From: Paramicrosporidium saccamoebae KSL3
Taxonomy: Eukaryota > Fungi > Cryptomycota
Direction of reading: 5' to 3'
Length of the DNA: 32,000 bases
Assembly (NCBI GenBank): GCA_002794465.1
Contig: MTSL01000213.1
Location: 52,019 to 84,018 of the forward strand
The translations under genes were made by a program, and so were the position numbers. A model generated the notes under the pieces. It did no database searches. It had not been told where the DNA came from and saw only the letters and a list, made by a program, of their open reading frames with translations. Shown one piece after another: positions 27,185 through 32,000 of the stretch. The first letter of the stretch is position 1. Each line of letters begins with the position of its first letter.

Positions 27185-29881
27185 TTATAGACAGCGTCCA
27201 GACAGGATAGAATTCATCAGCCAATCGACTGTGACAATGATAATGCCCGTCTGAGATGCCCATCGAGAGAGTCGACTGCTACCGGATGGCAGCTGATCCA
27301 CCAGGACTCTAGATTGTCCAGCGGGATCTAAATTGGTTAGGGATGGGACAATATTTGCTCCCGATGCCTGACACACCATGGTCCAGCCCTTGCGAAACGA
27401 TCCTGGACCCTCCAAGGCGATTGTCCATCCCTGAAGAATCTTCGTTTCTGCATTGCTATGGCTCATGATCGGAATAGCAAAGGACTCCAGAGGAACGAAT
27501 CCCTTACTCTGTTCACAAGTCTCTAGCCAGTCCAGACGCACAATTGGAACACGGAGAGCCAGAGCTAGGAACGTCTTTGCAGTGCGACAAAATCCATTGC
27601 AAAGTAGCACTGTCCTTTCTGGATTCACATTGATCGCGTCATCTTCCAAGACGGTCCCTCCAAGGGATCGGATTCGGGTGACAAGCTGGGATTTTTGGGT
27701 GCGCTTTGCTGACGAAGAGAGATTGCCCAGAGTGATCCAAAATGACCATTCCTTCAGAGCTGTTTTCCTTGGACGCTTTGTGGCGGGCGAGGTCGGGAGA
27801 TTGGAAGAGAGACATCGCTCAGTTTTTAGGGACTGGAAAACTTTTCTGCTAATCACGACACGAGACAAGTCGACTTTTTCGCTGACATTATCAATCCGCA
27901 CCGAGATGGATCCGGCATCAATCCAACGTTCAAACTCTCCAACTCTAAAATCCATTCGTTTCCTATTCCGCACAACTTGGACTGCATCTCCAGCCATCAA
28001 TGATCGAATGTCACAGGGCGAAAAGTCGGCCAAGATGATCGATTTGTGACGCGTCTCTTTCCAGTGACAAAATCGAATCTTCCACAAGTCTCGGGTGCGA
28101 GAAAGTCGTTCTTGTAGAATTGCTGGAGCGTAATGCAAAGGTCTCCAGCGAGCCCAAACCAACATGTGCGATGAAAGGCATTGTTCAGTGCTACCGGCGC
28201 GTTGAGTGTGGACCGATCTTGCAGGCTGTCTATTAAATGGGTCGTCGAGCTGTCTATCGAGTTGACTGGATCTCTGTGCGAGTTTTAGAGGCTTTTTGTG
28301 GATTGGCAAAGATTCAGTGTCTGATTTTTGGTCTGGAATTGGTTCTATTGCAAGAGGCGCAATTGTATCAAATCCAGTGCTGGCCAGTGCTATTAGCGAC
28401 CTTTTGCCAGTACTCGGCAGAGTTGCTAATACTTCTCGTCGACTGCTTCTTTGCTTTGTAATGGTGCTTTTTAAAACGTCTTCCATCAAAGAGGTGGGTT
28501 GAGAGGAAGAAGTGACTATGCTTTTTGGCGTAGATCTAATACCTGGAGACGTGGTGTTTTTTAGCGATCGAACACTTGGAGACGTGTCTTTTAACGATCG
28601 AACATTTGGAGACGTCGTGTCTTTTAACGATAGAACACTTGGAGACGTCGTGTTTTTTAACGATCGAATACTTGGAGACTCCATTGTCTTTAAAGATTGG
28701 ATACTCGGAGACTTCATTTTCTTTAAGGATAGAATGCTTGGAGACGTCATGTCCTTTAAAGATTGAACACTTGGAGATGATACCCTCTTATTTGGAGACA
28801 ATATGCTCTTTAAGGACCCGGCAACGGGAAATGGTGACCTTTTGTCAATTGTGCCTGATGAAATCCCTTGTCCCAGGCTGTGTAGTATTGACTCTCTAGA
28901 TTTCAATTTTACCGGCGACGATACAGGCATTGGCGCAAATTGCACCTTTTTAGTACTTGGAGTAACCTTTTTTGATAGTTTTTTCATGGCCGAAGGGATC
29001 TTTGGAGCTTCGCTAACAGTAACAGCCTCTCCATCTGAGGGAGGGAAGATTACGGCTGTATGATCGCTCAAGTTTAGATCAGCATCCATTTCGGGCAAGT
29101 CGTTCATCTTTTGTGGAGTGTCGAACAAGTTGATCCGTTGCGAATAGTCTGCAATCGATCCCGCAGTCTTTGGTGAGCTCATCGGCATGCTGCTAAGAAT
29201 GTCTTTAATGCTCGTCATGACCACATTTGCAGGATATTGTGTGTCAGGAATGTCAGTAAAGCTCTCCAATGATGTCTGTGATATCTGCGGCGGGGCGGGA
29301 AATTGCGTAGCTGCCACAAAAATTGATTCTTGGGAACTTTGGCAGACTTTTTTCTTGGCAGAGGGCGCTTTTGAAAATGAGCTTGGCATTTCAATTGAAG
29401 TTCTACTTTGCGAGGGACTTTCCAACGACAGCCCAAACAATTTTAATGGCATAATCTCGTCGGTTCTTTCCGTCCGTGTACGGTCCAGTCCGTCCGAGTC
29501 GCTAAGAAAATTTGTCGATTTCAAAAGCTCGTGCTGCTCTTTGCGAACACACAGCTGACTATCCTCCACCCTTGGAGTATCCATAATTTCCGTCAGTGGT
29601 CTCATGAAGCTGCTTGCCTCGGCCGGTTGCCTCTCATAATTGTTCGTCTCTGTCCTCGCTGGCGTCTGAGGCGATTCTAGAATTCGGGGAGGGTCGGTTG
29701 CAGCGGTAAGGGGGGACTTTGAGAGTTGGTAGAGAAATTGCTCGTCCAAGTCTGTCTCCATGACCGCGGTATGAGGGAACCATTCTTGGACATTGTCAGA
29801 CGTGGATTGCGCTTTGGGGCGTTTGGTGGATTGGCGTTCTATGCTATTGCAAACATGACTGGGAATGAGATGCTTTGTCAT
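27185..29881 (-). CDS. Rad9/Crb2/53BP1-like checkpoint mediator: SQ/TQ-rich disordered N-terminus, Tudor-like domain, tandem BRCT; start could be ATG 29761
   Basis: Tudor-like VWARWRPLHYAPAIL. BRCT1 IRSLGGTVL...CRTAKTFLALALRVPIVRLDWL. BRCT2 GWTMVCQASGA...VTVDWLMNSIL. SQ/TQ cluster (SSQE, ATQF, ISQT, DTQY). Confidence 0.78.
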   Translation of the reverse strand: MTKHLIPSHVCNSIERQSTKRPKAQSTSDNVQEWFPHTAVMETDLDEQFLYQLSKSPLTAATDPPRILESPQTPARTETNNYERQPAEASSFMRPLTEIMDTPRVEDSQLCVRKEQHELLKSTNFLSDSDGLDRTRTERTDEIMPLKLFGLSLESPSQSRTSIEMPSSFSKAPSAKKKVCQSSQESIFVAATQFPAPPQISQTSLESFTDIPDTQYPANVVMTSIKDILSSMPMSSPKTAGSIADYSQRINLFDTPQKMNDLPEMDADLNLSDHTAVIFPPSDGEAVTVSEAPKIPSAMKKLSKKVTPSTKKVQFAPMPVSSPVKLKSRESILHSLGQGISSGTIDKRSPFPVAGSLKSILSPNKRVSSPSVQSLKDMTSPSILSLKKMKSPSIQSLKTMESPSIRSLKNTTSPSVLSLKDTTSPNVRSLKDTSPSVRSLKNTTSPGIRSTPKSIVTSSSQPTSLMEDVLKSTITKQRSSRREVLATLPSTGKRSLIALASTGFDTIAPLAIEPIPDQKSDTESLPIHKKPLKLAQRSSQLDRQLDDPFNRQPARSVHTQRAGSTEQCLSSHMLVWARWRPLHYAPAILQERLSRTRDLWKIRFCHWKETRHKSIILADFSPCDIRSLMAGDAVQVVRNRKRMDFRVGEFERWIDAGSISVRIDNVSEKVDLSRVVISRKVFQSLKTERCLSSNLPTSPATKRPRKTALKEWSFWITLGNLSSSAKRTQKSQLVTRIRSLGGTVLEDDAINVNPERTVLLCNGFCRTAKTFLALALRVPIVRLDWLETCEQSKGFVPLESFAIPIMSHSNAETKILQGWTIALEGPGSFRKGWTMVCQASGANIVPSLTNLDPAGQSRVLVDQLPSGSSRLSRWASQTGIIIVTVDWLMNSILSGRCL
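28530..28780 (-). repeat. Coding 33-nt (11-aa) tandem repeat, 8 Ser-Pro units
   Basis: Plus-strand ggaga anchors at 28545, 28578, 28608, 28641, 28674, 28707, 28740, 28773. Confidence 0.95.
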
Positions 29882-30034
29882 GGTGCTAAACCTGGTGCAA
29901 TTTGCAGAACTGAAACTGATTTTAGATATTATAAAGCCCGATGAGGATTTGAGTCTACTTGACTATCACCAGGTGAAGAGTATTTATGATGAAGAAATAC
30001 GAAAACAGGCTCTAGCAGGAAAATAAACCATTTC

Positions 30035-30421
30035 ATGTATGCATGCAAGGTAGGGGACCTTCCGCCAGAGGGCACGGCTCCCGTGCCAGGAGAGTACCAT
30101 TTAGAGTCTGGCGAGACTGTGATACTTTACAAGATAGAACCTGAGACTGCCCGCCTGAGGGCGGAATTGGAGGAGACAGTCCAGTCATGCACGCTGCTAG
30201 CCACCGAGTTAGGGTACTATTTATCACCTTGTGTGCTTATTCTAAACAGTATAAAGGATGCAGAGGAAGAGAATAGACGGACAAAGGAGCTCATTGAAAA
30301 GCTGCACAAATACAACGAATACAAGGATTTGGCGCAAGCGCTAATAGGTCGACTTGCCGTGCTGGAAGGATGCATCACGCGTGAATTGTATCCGCGCTTT
30401 GATTTGGAATTGGATGATTAA
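30035..30421 (+). CDS. SWI5: Swi5 recombination mediator (Swi5-Sfr1 complex); probable in-frame intron at 30214-30249
   Basis: The C-terminal LHKYNEYKDLAQALIGRLAVLEGCITRELYPRFDLELDD matches the Swi5 signature LH.YNE.KD..Q.L.G.LA...G.....LY..F.L...D. Confidence 0.88.
   Translation: MYACKVGDLPPEGTAPVPGEYHLESGETVILYKIEPETARLRAELEETVQSCTLLATELGYYLSPCVLILNSIKDAEEENRRTKELIEKLHKYNEYKDLAQALIGRLAVLEGCITRELYPRFDLELDD
30214..30249 (+). other. Probable 36-nt in-frame intron in SWI5
   Basis: gtactatttatcaccttgtgtgcttattctaaacag: GTA donor, T-rich body, CAG acceptor, length like the other introns. Confidence 0.55.
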
Positions 30422-30477
30422 CGGCATAAAGAGGACCTGTAGTTAATAAAAACACTAGAACAATATTGGCGGGGATT

Positions 30478-31782
30478 ATGTTGACCATGTCGAGGCTACC
30501 CAGGAGGCGGCCCAGATGGATTTTTCTCAATGTATCCAGTGTATCCAGTGTATCCAATGTCTCCAATGTATCCAGCGTCCTCAGTGTCGCAACTATGTCC
30601 AGTGTGCCAATCATAAAGTCCAATAAGAGGCTTGCCAGCAATGGGCTTGTCAGCACCAGACTTGTCAGGGTTGAGCTTGCCGGCAAAAGGCTTGCCAGCA
30701 CTAGTGACGTGCCTGCAGAGTTTTTCCGGAAACTAAAACCGGCTCCAGAATCCAGACACGCCAATTCCGCCCCAAAGACCTCGGAGCCGGGTGTCGGACG
30801 AACTCTGGATCCGGCAGTTATTTGCCACGAATTGGACAGTCAAGGGATAGTGCATGTCACTAGTGGCAAGTTTCAAAAAAGCTCACTCTGCTCTACGCTG
30901 GGCCTTTTGCCGCGAGATATTCGGAAACTGGATGGCACCCTAAAAGACCAGCTGCCGATTATTCTGGTGCGTGATTCAGCAGTACTCGTCAATATGGAGC
31001 ATATTCGGGCAATCATTAAGCACGACGGAGTTATCCTGTTTGAGTGTCTAGAGTTGGAACAACGGTTGAAGCAGCATGATTTTCTGCTGCATTTACAAAA
31101 TAGATTGAAGCAGGAAGAGCCATCAACGACGCAAATGCCGTTTGAATTTACCGTCCTGGAGACCATTCTCCAGCGGACAATGTATGATCTGCAGGAGGAA
31201 TTTGATTTCATGCAGCCGGAGGTGGAGGATCATCTTAGCGCATTGGAGAACATTGTACACTGGGAACGGCTCAAGGTTCTGTTGGTTTGCAAGAAGCGCG
31301 TGGCATTATTCAATGAACGAGTTAACAATATCCGACATTGTCTGAAGGAGCTCTTGGAGAGTGATTCTGACATGGCAGACATGTACCTTTCTGAGAAACA
31401 TGCAGCCAAGACCCATGACCGCCCCGCCTACCAACACGAAGAGATGGAGCTCTTGTTGGAAAGTTATCTACAGATGGCAGAGGAAATTGCCAGTCGCACA
31501 CAGATTCTTATCTCGCACATGACAAGTACTGAGGATATTATAAATATCGCTTTGGTTGGCCAAAGGAATGAGCTGGTCTTGCTAGATCTGAGGCTCGGAA
31601 TTGGAACTTTTGCGGCAAGCATTGGAGGATTTGGAGCCAGTGTGCTCGGAATGAATCTGCACACGGGCTACGAGCAATCTCCCTATGCATTCTGGATGGT
31701 AGTCGGCACCCTTGTCTCAGTTGCCTCTACCTCTTTTGTTCTCGTATGGCGAAGAATGCTCCGTCTAATCCATCGAAAGTGA
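30478..31782 (+). CDS. MRS2: Mitochondrial Mg2+ channel, Mrs2/Lpe10 (CorA family), 434 aa from ATG 30478
   Basis: Motifs LLPRDIRKLD, ILVRDSAVLVNMEHIRAII, MPFEFTVLE, EMELLLESY, GMN between two C-terminal TM helices. Confidence 0.93.
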   Translation: MLTMSRLPRRRPRWIFLNVSSVSSVSNVSNVSSVLSVATMSSVPIIKSNKRLASNGLVSTRLVRVELAGKRLASTSDVPAEFFRKLKPAPESRHANSAPKTSEPGVGRTLDPAVICHELDSQGIVHVTSGKFQKSSLCSTLGLLPRDIRKLDGTLKDQLPIILVRDSAVLVNMEHIRAIIKHDGVILFECLELEQRLKQHDFLLHLQNRLKQEEPSTTQMPFEFTVLETILQRTMYDLQEEFDFMQPEVEDHLSALENIVHWERLKVLLVCKKRVALFNERVNNIRHCLKELLESDSDMADMYLSEKHAAKTHDRPAYQHEEMELLLESYLQMAEEIASRTQILISHMTSTEDIINIALVGQRNELVLLDLRLGIGTFAASIGGFGASVLGMNLHTGYEQSPYAFWMVVGTLVSVASTSFVLVWRRMLRLIHRK

Positions 31783-31872
31783 CGACAATCTAGAGTGTGT
31801 CCGTTTGTGAGTGTCAGTGTATTAAAAAGCAAATAGACGGGCCAGGAGCTGTGAGAGAATGCATTTACAAAT

Positions 31873-31948
31873 CCCGGCCATTACTATAAACCTCGGCCAC
31901 TACTATAAGTCTCGATCACTACTACAAATCTCCACCGCTACTATAAAC
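31873..31948. repeat. 19-nt minisatellite, 4 degenerate copies, followed by C-rich repeats to the window end
   Basis: cccggccattactataaac / ctcggccactactataagt / ctcgatcactactacaaat / ctccaccgctactataaac. Confidence 0.85.
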
Positions 31949-32000
31949 CTCCCCCCCCCTCATACCTAAAAATCCCCCCCTCACACCTACAAACCCCCTC

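Noticed and set aside
28512-28899. Plus-strand repetitive ORFs (GDVVFFNDRTL..., TIEHLETSCL...)
   Set aside because: Antisense shadows of the 33-nt repeat inside the minus-strand Tudor-BRCT gene.
30375-30764. Minus-strand ORF with LDTLETLDT repeats, superficially LRR-like
   Set aside because: Antisense shadow of the Mrs2 N-terminal micro-repeats.
31949-32000. C-rich runs with G-quadruplex potential on the minus strand
   Set aside because: Cut by the window edge, and only three long G-runs are visible; treated as low-complexity repeat.

Overview
Gene-dense eukaryotic DNA, fungal/opisthokont-like. Several intergenic gaps are only 9-56 bp, and the introns are tiny GTA...AG introns of 31-36 nt. 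Mitochondrial genes (ATP synthase subunit g-like, Mrs2) are retained. This profile suggests an early-diverging, microsporidia-related (Rozellomycota-type) parasite, which is inference only. Housekeeping genes fill both flanks. Left: ATP20-like, VPS26, symplekin, a WD40 inositol 5-phosphatase and a 4EHP-like eIF4E. Right: MON2, a Rad9/Crb2/53BP1-like Tudor-BRCT protein, SWI5 and MRS2. Between eIF4E and MON2 (9120-22393, about 13 kb) is the main finding: seven co-oriented, apparently intronless paralogues of ~500-530 aa. Each has a signal-peptide-like N-terminus, a shared motif right after it, invariant W/PY positions and a shared C-terminal tail motif. I recognise no known domain in them, so they are a candidate lineage-specific secreted/effector family. 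The array spacers carry a degraded paralogue fragment, minisatellites and two dispersed non-coding repeats. No rRNA, tRNA, CRISPR or intact transposase was recognised.
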